Source of the DNA: Tubiluchus corallicola
Lineage: Eukaryota; Animalia; Priapulida
Direction: 5' to 3'
NCBI GenBank assembly: GCA_030141605.1
Contig: JAQGDQ010000482.1
Coordinates: 62,001 to 126,000 of the forward strand
DNA length: 64,000 nt
Shown here: positions 37,601-50,595 of the stretch, piece by piece
Layout of the letters: each line of letters starts with the position of its first letter
Position numbering within the stretch: position 1 is the stretch's first letter
Translations under genes and position numbers: made by a program
Notes under the pieces: generated by a model
Told to the model about the DNA's origin: nothing
The model's input: the letters and a program-made list of their open reading frames with translations, nothing else
Databases searched by the model: none

Positions 37601-40600
37601 TTTCTTAATTATATATTTTATTATCTTTATTCGCTCATGACATTCAGAATGGCACACATAAAAAAGTTAAAAACAGACTGAAAAAATATTTGCAATAAAA
37701 ACAATAAACATGTGTACAGTTAATAAAAAAAGAATAAAAAAATTGAAAAAGATGCATATAGAATCACACAAGTTTACCACATATTTGATAAGTAATGCAG
37801 TCCACGTCATGTGACTCAAGCACATCACAGTGTAGTATTATATTCACACAAATCAATCATTTCTTTTAAGATACTAACTTTACTTTTAGTATCAACAGGA
37901 ATGTTCTTATAATGATTATCTAAAATATCATTACGCAGAGATGTCAAATTCTGAGCCGCAGTTCTGTCTGAGCATAAGTTTTCAGTAACATTGTTACAAA
38001 AAGACGAAAATGGTTTACAAACACAGTCAACCTTGGGTATAAGGTACTTGCTTATAAGGGACACTCACTTATAACGGACCACCAACACCGGTCCCGATTT
38101 TTCGTAACGTTTTTCCTTATAAAAATCTTCGTATATGAGGTGCTCTGATATAAGGGACGATATCTTCAGGACCCCCGTAATAGAAACCCCGGTAAATTAC
38201 CTCGCATATAGGGGACCCTATGATCAAAGCAAAATTGATCGATTTTTCACCTCAGTTGTTTGCAAACTCGGCCTTCGAACAACTCAGTTTCTGCGGTCAC
38301 GTACATCTCGCATCACTGGAGCTTCCTACATACCGTTTGCACTGAATGTGTAGCAATAATCCATAAAAGTATGGGTAAAGTACAGAAAAGTTCAGGTCTG
38401 GATACACCCTGGGTCTGACTCAACTTCGGCTATAAGGGATGATTTTTTCCTGTCCCGAGGTGTCCCTTATATCCGAGGCTGACTGTAGCAGACTAATCAT
38501 CGACACATGATGATTTGAAACACTGTTTGCAAATTGTTTTGAGTCACGAAAAACAATAAGATAATGTTACTGCAATACTAGCCGAAGTCCGTCGATGGAT
38601 TATGACACCTAGAAAGTGTTTACAGTACTAGTGTCGCCATCTGAACTACACAATTACTGCTGAACATTCCTGTCAGCAAGCATTTTCCATGTACGTGAGC
38701 ACATTATTGTATAACCATATCATCACCGGTTTCACATCAGTTGTCAATACTTTTTTCAGTGATTGGACGGAAACGTTTCCGTACGATTTCCGCGACGAGA
38801 GAGTCATGATGAGATTAAAGGACATAATCCAGAGATTATCTTTGGTTGATCCCAGCTTGCACCAGACGCTAATGCTGGTGTTAAACAATATAATAGACAG
38901 AGTAAGCAGAACTTTTTCCTTCCTTACATTTTTCTGACTTGCTTGTTTGCTCGTTCTTCCTCGAAACACTGATATTGCAGGACTGGAGTAACGGAGCGCA
39001 GTGGTGGGTGTTTAGTTGCAAAAATGATGTAGTGTTCGACTTGGTTAGTAAGTAAATGGAAGACCAGTGGAAAAACTACATTTATGGAGTTGCTTCTAAA
39101 TATTTTGTTGATAAATTGTTGCCTAGGCTTCCGAATGTACCTAAAGTACTTCTGTGGATTATACGACTTTTGTTGGCGGTTCTGATCTAGGTTCTAGTCC
39201 AACCACAACCAACTAATGTCAGTAATTATCTTTTCTAAAATTGAGTGCTGGACACAAGCTTGCAGACAGTTGAATTGTGTTTAGATAAAGCTACTTAAAT
39301 TCAGAAATTCACAGTAGTTTTTTGCAAAAGTTGTCATTCTGTTTGTAGTTTGATACAGCATTGAGTTGCACTTTTTCTTTATGCAATGAAATCCAAAAAG
39401 CTTCTGCTTGCAGTTGTTGTTACAAGTAGATCTCTTTAGTTACCAAGACTTAAGTGATTTTAACAGCATAAAAATACCTCTGAGTTGCAAGAAGTTTTAC
39501 ATACATACAGGGTGGACACAAAAAATAAATCCGGTGGCATATATCGATAATATTCAATATAATAAATCTTTTTTCTTATATTGTGTGGAACTAGAGCACA
39601 TGAGGTTAGTACTGTTTGCTTCACAGCCCAGCACAGTGTGCTCGAGCAACGCAGTGTTTGGCTGTTGTGCGCCAGCGGCCATGTGCACATGTCTGGGCCT
39701 AGGTAGAGAAAGCACTGTCGCTCACACAGTTTGATGTCAGTTATCACTTGCCTACCGTGAATGGATCAAGCTTGAACTGCGACAATTTAGGCTATAAATA
39801 AGCAAAAAATAATTTTTTTGTTTCAGAATTTTATCAAGTTTATGTATAAACTTTCGTATGTTTGTTCGTTTGTTTACAACATTGTAATTACATATGTTTG
39901 TTACGTTTTACGCAGTATTAAAATCATGGCTAAAAATTTTCTGAAGCAGCACCTCCAGTAATTTTAGCTACAAGCCACCACTGTTAAAATGCCATGGAGC
40001 TGAGAATTTTCATTCAATTTGCAGTCCAAAATGTAAAAATTTTATGCTATATAATGTTGTCCAACCTGTAAAAATAAAAAACAGGTGTTAGTATGATTGT
40101 GTTGTCTTTGGTTTGTCAATATTGTATTTAGTGTATATTATATTAGTACAATTGTATTGTCAATAAAATTCAGTTATTGACTGAGAAAAGTAATTGAAGT
40201 ATCAGTAATTCATTGTAAAGTAAACTTATATCATAAATAATATTTTTTTTGTTTTTTTAAAATTTGAACTTATTTATTTAAACCGTACTAAAATCTCCGC
40301 ATTTTGCATTTTTTATTCAAAACTTGGTATTTTTATAACACCTGCTTCTATTTTCATAGCAAAAGGTTTTATTCCAAGAAATAAAATTTTAATGAACTTT
40401 TTAAAAGGCCTTCCTTTCTTATGTACCTCTTTTATATCTAAACCACTTGTTATTGTGAGTGACTATCATGTCCGTTCGTGTTTTAATTCCATTGCGTTTT
40501 GATTCTGATGTATTTCGTGGGTGTTGAGAATTGTACTTATGTGCAATGGTCTTTTATAGTTGACGGAGTTGGACCGGTATGAAGAAAAACTTGCATTGAA

Positions 40601-41595
40601 TTCGGAAGCTGCGCAGCGACTTGTTGATACGGAAACCGTGGTAAGACACTTGTAGCAGTTTGCTGCGTTGTTGTTATTGTTGTGGCCGCCGTCATCGTCG
40701 CCGGTTGAAGTTGTTGTTGATACTTGTAGCTGTTTGTTGCGTTGTTGTTGTTGTTGTGGTCGTTGCCAGTTGACGTTGTTGTTGTTGATACTTGTAGCAG
40801 TTTGTTGCGTTGTTGTTGTTGTGGTCGTCGTCATTGTCGCCGGTTGAAGTTGTTGTTGTTGATACTTGTAGCTGTTTGTTGTGTTGTTGTTGTTGTGGTC
40901 GTCGCCGGTTGGCGTTGTTGTTGTTGACACTTGTAGCTGTTTGTTGCGTTGTTGTTGTTGTGGTCCTCGCCGCCGGTGGACGTTGTTGTTGTTGTTGTTG
41001 TAGTTGTTGACACTTGTAGCTGTTTGTTGCGTTGTTGTTGTTGTGGTCGTTGTCGCCGGTTGACGTTGTTGTTGTAGTTGTTGACACTTGTAGCTGTTTG
41101 TTGTGTTGTTGTTGTTGTTGTGGTCGTCGTCGCCGGTCGACGTTGTTGTTGTTGTTGATACTTGTAGCTGCTTGTTGTGTTGTTGTTCTAGAAGGGAGTT
41201 TGCACTATTATTCTTGTTCAAAGGTTTCTCAGCCCTTGAATCTAACTCTCAAGTTTTTTAATTACGTAAGTCGATGGCTTCATTTTTCTACTTCGTTCCT
41301 TTTCGCATTTCTTTGCTCATATTCCGTTTTTGTTTTATAGACGGATATAAATGATGTTTGTGAAAGTCCAGCTATCCTGGCCGAGCAGCTTACGCACATT
41401 GAGCTGGAACGTTTAAGAAATATTGGACCGGAGGAATTCGTCCAAGCTTTTGCTCGCGAGAGCAACAAAAAAGAGGTAAAAAAAGTAACTTTTAGTGGTA
41501 CCTCCTAATGGCTCAGCTTCTCAGTGGTTTCTTCAAAGTTACACGTTTTTATGAGAAAACAAAAATAAAGAAAATGCTGTTATTGCTGCTGCTGG

Positions 41596-41628
<33 letters not shown>

Positions 41629-44106
41629 GTGATTATCGAAGTGATTAGTGAGCACTATAACGATTGTTAATACTGCTGCTGATGGTGGTGGTGATGATGG
41701 TGATCATAACTGCTCCAACTGATAATTATGATGATCGTGATCATGATCATGATGGTGATGACGAGTAATGTTGACGGTAAATGATGAGCATGATAATGAT
41801 TGTTGTTGCTACAGCTGATGATGAAGGTTGTGTTTATGATGATAATAACTGCTCCAAACTGATGATGATCATGATCATGATGGTGATGACGAATATTGTT
41901 GACGGTAAATGAGCATGATAATGATTGTTGTTGCTACAGCTGATGATGATGATAATGACTGCTCCAAACTGATGATGATCATGATGGTGATGACGAATAT
42001 TGTTGACGTTAAATGATGAGCATCATAATGATTGTTGTTGCTACAGCTGATGATGATGCTGGTGATGATCATGATGATGATGGCAGTGATTAGTGCTGGT
42101 AATGGTGATGATAACGATGGTTATAGAGCCATATTCCATCAAAAGCTAAAAGTAGATATTTTGTTTTAATTGTTATTTTGATTTATTAGCATTTAAAACT
42201 GATTTTGCATTTCTCTCAAATGTTATAGCTGGCTGTGCTGGACATGAAGAAGACGAAAAACCTGGAGCATTACGAGAGGTGGTTTAATCGTTTGAGTTAC
42301 CTGGTTGCCACGGAGATATGCATAGTACGTAGCCGTTATCCTGCGGATCAAACGTGTAATTTGTTGTGCAAAAAGCCCGTAAGGTGGCACCACTGGAAAA
42401 TGTTTTGCAGTTATATGCACAATCCAGTTTTATGAAAAGACAATATAGGTTACTAGTTTAGAATTCTGTAGAAAAAAGTGTAAGAGAATTATTATTAATC
42501 CTGACTAAAGATGGCACTGCGATGTAGCGTTTGAAGTAATTAACGTTTAGATTCAATTTAGGTTTATTGTATTTTGCTTTGAGTGTGAATCGGTAGAAAT
42601 TACATGTTTCTAAATTATTAAAATACAATTTTAGTATGAGTAAGGCAAATTATTTAGATCAATTTTTGGATATCCAATCAATTCACATATTTATCATTGA
42701 TTTCCTAATATTGAGAAAGTAAACTTGATCCAGTTGGCTAAAAGCCATGCTTTGCAAAATTTCGGTATTTTCAAATCTGTTCATTTAAAAACGGATTCCA
42801 TTTACACTGTGTGTAACATAGTTGCGACATCTGTTCTGCTTCAATATGCTAGGACATCGGTTTAGGTTCGTAATGGATTAGTCGGATACAAAATCAATTC
42901 CAATAATCGATTATAATCGCTTTTCAGGCCTGTTTGTTTGTTTGTGTTTACACTTCCACATAGTTTGCAGAAAACATTGGAGGTGTCTAGTTTTTTATTT
43001 GGGTCCCATGTAGAATGGAAATGCCATTTTCTGCTATTTTACAAGAAGCTAGACATAAAACTCCGTGCTTGTGCTTATAAGAAACCTTTCTGTGTCCAGG
43101 CAGTGTCAGGGCGACAAGTTACTAAGCAAAGGTAGTACCATATTGCTTGATTTCACAACAATCACTGTTATGTTTATGTATTTCTGTACAACTCTGAGCT
43201 CTGGACATTAAATGCAAATCATAAAGCTGAAATTGATGCATTTCAAAGGCGAAATTATTGGAAACATTTTGGGTATTAGATGGCCAAAGAAAATCTCAAA
43301 CAAAGATCTATATGAAAAAGTGAAAGAAGAACCTTGGACAAGAAAAATAAAAAGATGCCGTTTAAGATGGATTGGACACATGCTTAGACTACCTGATGAT
43401 ATTCCAGTAAAGATAGCTCTTCAACAAGCCATTGAACCAGCTAAAAAAACCTTCAAGAGGACAAATGTTAACGTATTTAGATTTTGCACAGAAAGATTTA
43501 AACACTTCAGCATTGATCCTTGGAAATAAATGCACTTGGGGCATTGCGGCGAGCAGGGAGCCCTGGCATAGGGAGGTGAGCAGAATCGTGTCACTGGACG
43601 TATGATTCATTGGATGATGATGATGATGTTATATTTATTTTTCCGTCTATCAAACGATTTTGTCATTCCTGAAAAATGACAGCAGATGGTGTTGTTAATG
43701 TAATCGGTTTGTTTGTAGTGTGAAAAAAGAAACAATGATTTGAAATAAAAGTTCAAATTGATTATAATTGATTACTTATGAGCAAGACGATGCCGCAACT
43801 TTGTTACTAATGAAACATTTTTAGGTAAAGAAATCCTGTTTTAGTTTAACAGAATTGATGAAGCTGTAATAAAATGAGATTCTTTTCGTGTTGCAGAACA
43901 CAAAGAAGAAACATCGAGCTCGGACTGTCGAGTATTTCATCGAGGTCGCAAAAGAATGTTTTAATATTGGTAACTTTAACTCCCTGATGGCCATAATATC
44001 AGGACTCAGTATGGCACCCGTTGCTCGATTGAAGAAAACTGTGAGTTTCATTGCTGCTACTTTTTTTTTACGAAAATCTCTCTCTCTCTCTCTCTCCCTC
44101 TCCCTC

Positions 44107-44154
<48 letters not shown>

Positions 44155-47100
44155 TCTCTCTCTCTCTCCCTCCCTCCCTCCCTCTCCCTCTCTCTCTCTC
44201 TCTCTTTGTGTGTGTTTGAAACAAAAACAACAATTAGTGTCCAACTAGCCTACTATGAAAATGTGTAAAACCTTTTTGAAACAAAAATGAAATTGTAATC
44301 AAACAGTGTAAACAGTGTTTACTAATTTTTTTCTGATAATCACTTGCATATTTTTATTTTTAGTGGGCCAAGGTAGACAAGTCCAAGTTTGATGTGTTGG
44401 AGGTATGTTTGAGTGTTTCAGATTTAATTTCGTTTTTTATGTATGATGTGATGCTGCCATTGTTTCGTACAAACTGCATGAAAAACGTGTCATGCTCAAA
44501 ACATAATTTGTTTTTTTTTAAAGTGTTACTCTTGGGCTTTCTAGGTTTAGCTTGATTTGTGTAATTGATAAACTCGTGAGTCAAATTATATCAGGGTTAT
44601 AATAATAGTAATAAAAATAAAAATTAAATTGAAAGGCACTGGAATGGTTGATGGGAGCTTTGGAGAGGGGATGCATTGTTTAGGAAAGGTTACTGTTTCA
44701 CCTGTGACGCTGTTTTCATGCCATATTTACTGTAAACTGAAAAAGTATTTGTTTATTTGTTTGTGTATTTGATTTTGTATGTTTGCTTGTATGTTTGTTT
44801 GTCTATTTGTTTGTTTTTTCATTTGAAACAAAGAAAAATGGTACCAGTATCTTTGCATTGATATCGCATGCTAAGCGTGAAACTTGGAAGTCGCTAAAGT
44901 GCTGTTTGCGAAGCGTCAGTGACAGTTAATCTACTTTTATAGGTAGCAATGGCACCAGCGTCTAATTTCCATAGTTATCGGTCTACATTACAAGCCGCCG
45001 TCTGGAGGTCGAAAAGCGGAACCGACGACAGACAGAAAGTGAGTGTTTTTAGACTGCAATACTATCATATGTCAAAAATTTTCACTATGGGTACTTGCTA
45101 TAACTTAAACTTTTCTAGTTATTCACAAATCCCAAATCTCCATTTCATGAGGTTATTTTGATACCAAGCTCATCACTCTGTGTTATTTCTAAGCTGAGAT
45201 AATCCATATTGAAGTTGAGGCGGAGGCTATGCACTGAAAAAATCTCTGTCAAAGTTAGCCATTGTTTCTTGTCGCATTTCTACAAAACCGTATTTAGTAA
45301 TCGTATGAAATTGAGGTATCTCTGATGAACTTTGCAAAAGCACATTGAAAGTTAGGTTTAAATTCAGTAGATGGTTCTTCCTGACGAAGATCTGGGTTTG
45401 GCAACAGAAAAAACCTGAAGCAAAATGACCACTTCCTCGAGTGGAGTTGGATAACACAAATTTTTCACAATTGCAATACTAGTTTTTAGACACAGAAGCA
45501 GATGGGGGTTTTAAAATTAAATTTTTGATATTGTTAATGAGATTTCCAGGATGTTTGATGTTAGGATATAAAAGTCTAATATATTTAGCGTTTGTTTTTA
45601 TGAGAAAACAAAAAAAATCAATTTTTGATGTATTCTACTTTGAAGCATCATAACATAGTTTTAACCTGTGCCGACTTACGACTTGCAAGCACACATATAT
45701 GGTGAATTCATTTTGGTCGCCGGTGAGCAAAGTATGATATTCTAAGCTACTTTTTTTCAACTTCGACATTCTTCACTCTTTTACGTCATTTCAGATCATC
45801 GTACCGCTCTTTAGTTTGCTATTGAAAGACATCTTCTACTTGAATGAAGGCTGCGCGAACAGACTTCCCGACGGCCACATCAACTTTGAAAAGTTTTGGC
45901 AACTTGCCAAGCAGATTGGTGAAGTCATGGCCTGGAAACGAGTTCAGGTAAATTACAGTTTGCATCTAATTAGTCAATGAAAACCCAACGTATGCATTGT
46001 GATAGTGTGACGGTTTCAATAGATTTTACTAGAAAAAAAGAAGGAATTTTGCTGGTGTTTTTCTTAGTTTTAATCATTACAAAACCTTGATATTTATTTA
46101 AAGGAAAACAGAACAGTTTTTAAATCACAGCTCATGTCGCTGTAGAATCAGGAAAACATCATCTTTTATTTGTTAAATTTATGGCAATTATGATAATCGT
46201 TGAATTATTTTTAGCTATTAGCTTTAGACATTTGATTTTTGTAAGCATGATTATTGATGACATCAGCATGAGGATGAAAATTTTGCAGTGACATAAGTTT
46301 TTAATTTACTTTTTATGAAAGCGAACGGAGCAGTTCTGTGTTTAACTGAGAGTGAGGCACAAAAGCTCGTTCTCAAATTCCAATTTCTAATTTCGAATAC
46401 ATTAATGGGATAACATCTGTGTTTACATGGCTGTGTTTGTAGTCTGCCAACGTAGTACAGCACTTTCACAATCCACATGCAAGAAATGGGGATTGAAACC
46501 CATCTAAATAGCAACATCAGTGGGCAGGAGGCAAAACGAACTGGATTAGGTTCTGAACTACTAATTAGTTTGTTTAAGACAATCTTTAAAAAAGTTATGT
46601 TTACACTTAAGCTGTTTTAAAGCTATGATTTAATTGTTTACTTGCTTATTGTAGTGTCTGATTGTTTACTTGTTTATTGTAGCATTTAATTGTTTACTTG
46701 CTTATTGTAGTGCCTGATCGTTTACTTGTTTATTGTAGCATTTGATTGTTTACTTGTTTATTTCAGTGTCCATTTGAGAAGGATGACAAGGTGTTGGCAT
46801 ATCTGCTGACAAACCCAGTATTTTCAGAACACGGTTAGTTTCTTCAACAGTTTAACTCTTAATCTCTTATGTTATTTGGCAAAGATTCTTGCTTGCCAAG
46901 GTGTTGCTGAGGTTTAGATGTTTAACATTGTGTGCATAAAGGATAGGACGTGTGGTCTGACCTGTCACAAAAAAAATCAATAATTTAAAGTTTGATTAGG
47001 ATAAAAATTGATTGGAGTAACTAGATGTGTAAGTTTTCCGTCTGGACGATAGAAACCAACTAGATTAAGCTGTCGGAAAAATTCACATTCCAACTTTAAA

Positions 47101-48057
47101 AGCTGATCTGCAAAACAATAGTGAAGAAATAGGTTGGTTTAAGTGGCTCCATCTGTATTCAAGAAAATGTTACAGAACTTCGGCCCGGTTTTGCAGAGCT
47201 GTCACTAAGTTAACGACGTCGTTATTACATTCAGTTAATAATAAATAAGTCAGTAATACAGACGTCGTTAAGTTTAGTGATGGCCTTGTGAAACCGGGCC
47301 CTGGTTTTGACCTGCGCTTCCCTGCTTCTCTGGGTTTCCATGCTAGTGTAATACCTACTTCAATTCAAAATGTTTGTCTGCCTGTCTGCGCATTATTTCA
47401 AAAAGTTGTTAACGTGTTGCAACGAAAGTTTGCAGAGAATTGACTGCGATGCAAGAAGGGTTCTCATCTAGTGATAAATAATTTGGATATAGCGAGAAAT
47501 ATCAACATTTGTTTAATAATCACGTTTTTGTTTGTGTTTCAGCGCTAGCACTAGCGTCTTATGATTGTGAACCTGCTGAGAGTTCGTTTGAAAAAGACCG
47601 ACAAAAGTCTCTAAAGTAAGTAGTAGATTTTATGTAGTTTTTTCTACGGTCAACAAGCCAGTAATTAGTACTGGGAGAACTGCCCTCTCGGATCATAGTG
47701 ACTGTTTTTTACCTGGTCCGTGAAAGTGCCTAAAACTTTTACACCTGAATAATAGCTGCTGAATGAAATCTGAATCTGTGAACATTTGTCATTTCTCATG
47801 CTTGTTTGTGTTTACTGGCTTTAGTGGACGCAACTATTGAGAAAGGGTTTGCAGTCTTTGGTACCACTGAGAACATATGTTGAATCTGGAAAGGGTTTGC
47901 AGTCTGGTATTCACATATTCTTTCACTAGACAAGCTCAGCATTGCTTAACTTTGGTTGCTAACTTGTAGCCTATAACCTCTCAGCTATTTCACTCACCCG
48001 AAATTGTTACTTTCGTTCACTTTTTAATTTTTATTTTCCAGGACGTCGACAAGGTGA
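31697..48057 (+). CDS. RASGEF1B: Ras-GEF domain-containing family member 1 (RASGEF1A/B/C-like), about 464 aa; exons 31697-31795, 35220-35309, 35896-35973, 37218-37303, 38760-38901, 40560-40640, 41341-41475, 42229-42324, 43897-44040, 44364-44402, 44943-45038, 45795-45947, 46767-46833, 47543-47615, 48042-48057
   Basis: Spliced frame of 1395 nt with AG/GT boundaries and matching phases. Recognisable RASGEF1 motifs: SGSLEALIQHLVP..YYPD, YIFAFLLSSRLF, WTETFPYDFRDERVM, LAEQLTHIELERL..IGPEEFVQAF, WFNRLSYLVATEIC, KKKHRAR..EYFI..AKECFNIGNFNSLMAIISG, NEGCANRLPDGHINFEKFW, CPFE, LASY. The first coding exon (gccaacATG at 31697, donor GTAAGT, in phase) is inferred and less certain. The A/B/C paralog label is nominal for an invertebrate. 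Confidence 0.93.
34060..34750 (+). repeat. 24/25-bp minisatellite, 28 units, derived from a RASGEF1 exon-intron junction
   Basis: Unit aaacaatataatagacagggtaagc; the first unit aatataatagacagagtaagca is identical to 38887-38908. Confidence 0.95.
35414..35781. repeat. About 113-125-bp tandem triplication (intronic)
   Basis: aatttag(c/t)taaatgagctgaaa...gttttgtaaagaa occurs near 35418, 35541 and 35654. Confidence 0.9.
37770..38023 (-). mobile_element. Probable LINE 3'-end remnant, abutting or interrupted by the pogo-like MITE
   Basis: Minus strand KSKVSILKEMIDL resembles the extreme C terminus of CR1/L2-group ORF2, followed by a T-rich tail on that strand. Confidence 0.45.
38024..38485 (+). 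mobile_element. pogo/Tc1-like MITE
   Basis: cagtcaaccttggg ... ccgaggctgactg|ta; colinear with 11213-11599. Confidence 0.85.
39540..39983 (+). mobile_element. hAT-like non-autonomous element, copy 2
   Basis: Colinear with 3160-3608; ends acaagccaccactg. Confidence 0.75.
40645..41188. repeat. Compound (GTT)n minisatellite, 8 units of about 65-85 bp
   Basis: Anchor ga(c/t)acttgtagc recurs 8 times, separated by variable GTT runs and gtcgccgg. Confidence 0.93.
41596..42120. repeat. (GAT)n-rich compound repeat with three longer duplicated blocks
   Basis: gttgacg(g/t)taaatga..gcat..taatgattgttgttgctacagctgatgatga occurs near 41770, 41898 and 42002. Confidence 0.9.
43178..43626 (+). mobile_element. 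5'-truncated RTE-like LINE with (GAT)n tail
   Basis: FLYNSELWTL..KAEIDAFQRR / ILGIRWPKKISNKDLY..RLRWIGHMLRLPD; tail gatgatgatgat; candidate TSD tgttat(g/a)tttat at 43166-43177 and 43627-43638. Confidence 0.85.
44077..44205. repeat. (CT)n microsatellite
   Basis: Visible polypyrimidine dinucleotide run in a 323-bp intron. Confidence 0.95.
46628..46770 (+). repeat. 28-bp tandem array (5 units) comprising the 3' splice site of a RASGEF1 exon
   Basis: AG dinucleotides end at 46654, 46682, 46710, 46738 and 46766; unit tgattgtttacttgtttattgtagtgtc. Confidence 0.93.
47182..47300. mobile_element. About 120-bp palindromic MITE (Harbinger-like GGCCCGGTTT termini)
   Basis: ggcccggttt...tcactaagttaacgacgtc / gacgtcgttaagtttagtga...aaaccgggcc. 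Confidence 0.7.
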
Positions 48058-48900
48058 CGCCCAACACTCATCTGTACTGAAGTCTACGACGCATGTATTT
48101 GAATGTGGACTTGCCTAGAAGAATTTTGGGAAGACGAAAAAAGAAGGTACATTTGCGACTAGAGTGTGTAGCTAGAGTGCTCTGGTATTTGTTTCACAAT
48201 AGTGGTACAGCCTTTTGTGCAAGCTGCGGTGACTTTTTGGTGCTGCCACCTATTAAACAAAACAAGAAGCTACTTGCAATACCTGGTGATGCTTTTTAAA
48301 TGAGGTGCTCGAAAAGGCATGTTGAACTGCAAACGTAAGAATGTGAATGTGCCTAGTGACACCATCTGGCGGGTGAAAGTGCAGCTAAACTGGTCTGTGT
48401 TAAAGTCTGAATCTCGACGATAGAATATCAGTTGTGCAAATTATATGTTTATTGTATAATATTTAATTGTTATTTTGTAATATACTTTGCAGTTTAATAT
48501 GTAAATTTGTGTATCATAAGTGTCTTCTACATTTTCGTGTTGTACATATAATATATATAATCATCGTTTCTTTACATTGTAAGTAACTTCGGACAAGCAT
48601 TTTTGATACTAATGAAACTTCCAAACTTCTTATCTTACTATCTTAATCACTTTATTTATCCATCTTGTCCAACTAACTTTTGGGTAAAGAGCCATCTTGA
48701 TTTTGGGTAGAATTAAATGTCTATTACGTAGCAAACTGTAACTTTTTTGAAGTGTTTTCTAAATTTAAGACAGCAAGTTTAGGTCAGTCTTTTTGATACT
48801 TTTTTATATTTATTAATTTTTACATGGTCAAATTAGACATAAGCTCGCAGGTCAAAATCTTATCGCGGTATCAAAAACTAGGTTACTACTTCGCTCTTAA

Positions 48901-49406
48901 AGGTCATATTTAAAGTAAGGACAAATTTTCTTTAATTAAAATAGTTAACCGTAACTTAAAATTTGAAACTAATTTTACCAAATTTCATGACTTGCATCTG
49001 GATGAAATCAGGCCTCGAAGTTGCCTTTTCCCCCCAAAAATTGTTTGCTTTTGCGGGAATGTCGGAAAATCATAGGCTAAACAACTGTCCTAGCAACGGT
49101 TTCCTTGGATACCGAATCGTTTCTGTGACGAGGAATTTGTAAACAATGCTACAACGAAATGCAACACGTGATAACAGAATGCAAACGCTGCCGTAACTAA
49201 AGACTAAAGAGCTCCTGGCGCCATCTAACGAGTAAAACGTGCGAAATAAAGTTCCAGACTTTCTTAGGAAATGACAACCTTCACGTCAAATTTCCTCTTA
49301 TATAAATCACCAAGAAAAAGTTAAAAGTATCAAAATATCTTAGAGCATTTTTTCATTTTTTTTTTCGTAAAACTGAAGTTTCATAATCTGCGCTGTATTT
49401 GAACCT
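48901..49406. mobile_element. Old TTAA-flanked (Kolobok-like) MITE
   Basis: TTAA|aggtcata ... tttgaacct|TTAA with imperfect internal inverted blocks (49001-49032 versus 49261-49297). Confidence 0.45.
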
Positions 49407-49614
49407 TTAAATGTTAAAAAGTTCAAATTGACAAGATGTCTTCTAGCCTAGTCTGATTTTAATTGTTCGCAGTAATAATAGCTGCCGCCATAGTGTTAAG
49501 CTATGTCCATTTACAACAGCCTGTCCATGACAAAGTCACGTCTATGTTTTTTTAACTCGTATTTTTCTTGACGAGGTAAAGCGTCATTATAGTGAACGTT
49601 GCTAATTTATCATG

Positions 49615-49988
49615 TTTACTAGTAACCTTGAAACGTTAGCGGTATATTGTTTGCTGCTCTCATATACTTTCAATTTATGCACTTCTGAGGTGCGTGATGG
49701 GCATACCGGATAAATGGATGAACCGCATAGCCCTGCCCTTTACTAATAACCTCGAAACATTAGCAGTATATTGTTAACTGCTGTCATATACCTATAATGT
49801 ATGCACTTCTGAGGTGCGTGATGGGCTTACCGGATAAATGGATGAACCGCATAGCCCTGCCCTTTACTAATAACCTCGAAACGTTAGCAGTATATTGTTA
49901 GCTGCTGTCATATATTTTCAATGTATGCACTTCTGAGGTGCATGATGGGCTTACCGAATAAATGGATGAATCACATAGCCTTTGCCCT
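49615..49988. repeat. 124-bp tandem triplication
   Basis: tacta(g/a)taacct..gaaac...atgcacttctgaggtgc...atagcc starts at 49617, 49741 and 49865. Confidence 0.92.
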
Positions 49989-50240
49989 CATTTTGGGCAC
50001 TTTATGAAAGCAGCATTTATATAAGAATTCTCAACTAACGTATTCCCTTGCACAGCTAAGTAAATAACTTTGAAATAAGATGATTTGTAATGCTATTACT
50101 AAATTAGTGTTATTGAGTCTCGAACTGCGTGTTTCTGCCGCTGTCTGTTCGTCATACAGTTGTATTTCTAATTGCATATATGTTGACTCTGATTCATAAA
50201 TTTTTGAATTTTTGTCACCGTGTAATAAACGTGGTCATAA

Positions 50241-50577
50241 AGGTCTGTTCAGACTAGAGAATTTTCTGTCTGACAGCAAACTCGCAAGTGTGAACGCCTC
50301 GGCGAGTTACTCTCAGCACTTGTCGCAGTGAATAGAGAAGTAAGTGTCAGCTTGCGCTTACTGTCGAAGAGTAACTGTCCAGTGTGAACGCTTCGGCGAG
50401 TTTCTCTCAGCACTTGTCGCAGTGAATAGAGAAGTAAGTGTCAGCTTGCGCTTACTGTCGAAGAGTAACTCTCACCAAGTTTACTCTCTAGTCTGAATGC
50501 GCTTGCGAGTTACTTTGCAAGTTAACTTAGTGAGTCTAAGTTAGTCTGCTAGTTCACCTGCTAGTCTGAACATGCCT
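50241..50577 (+). mobile_element. PIF/Harbinger-like MITE with TAA TSD
   Basis: TAA|aggtctgttcagactag ... ctagtctgaacatgcct|TAA; internal duplication of about 93 bp. Confidence 0.8.
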
Positions 50578-50595
50578 TAACAGTTAATGTTATTA

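Noticed and set aside
40466-41221. Poly-Q/T/N ORFs resembling a mucin or prion-like protein
   Set aside because: Translations of the (AAC)n strand of an intronic compound microsatellite, antisense to RASGEF1.
4580-48057. U12-type or non-canonical introns
   Set aside because: All assembled introns are GT-AG and none has the GTATCCT donor.
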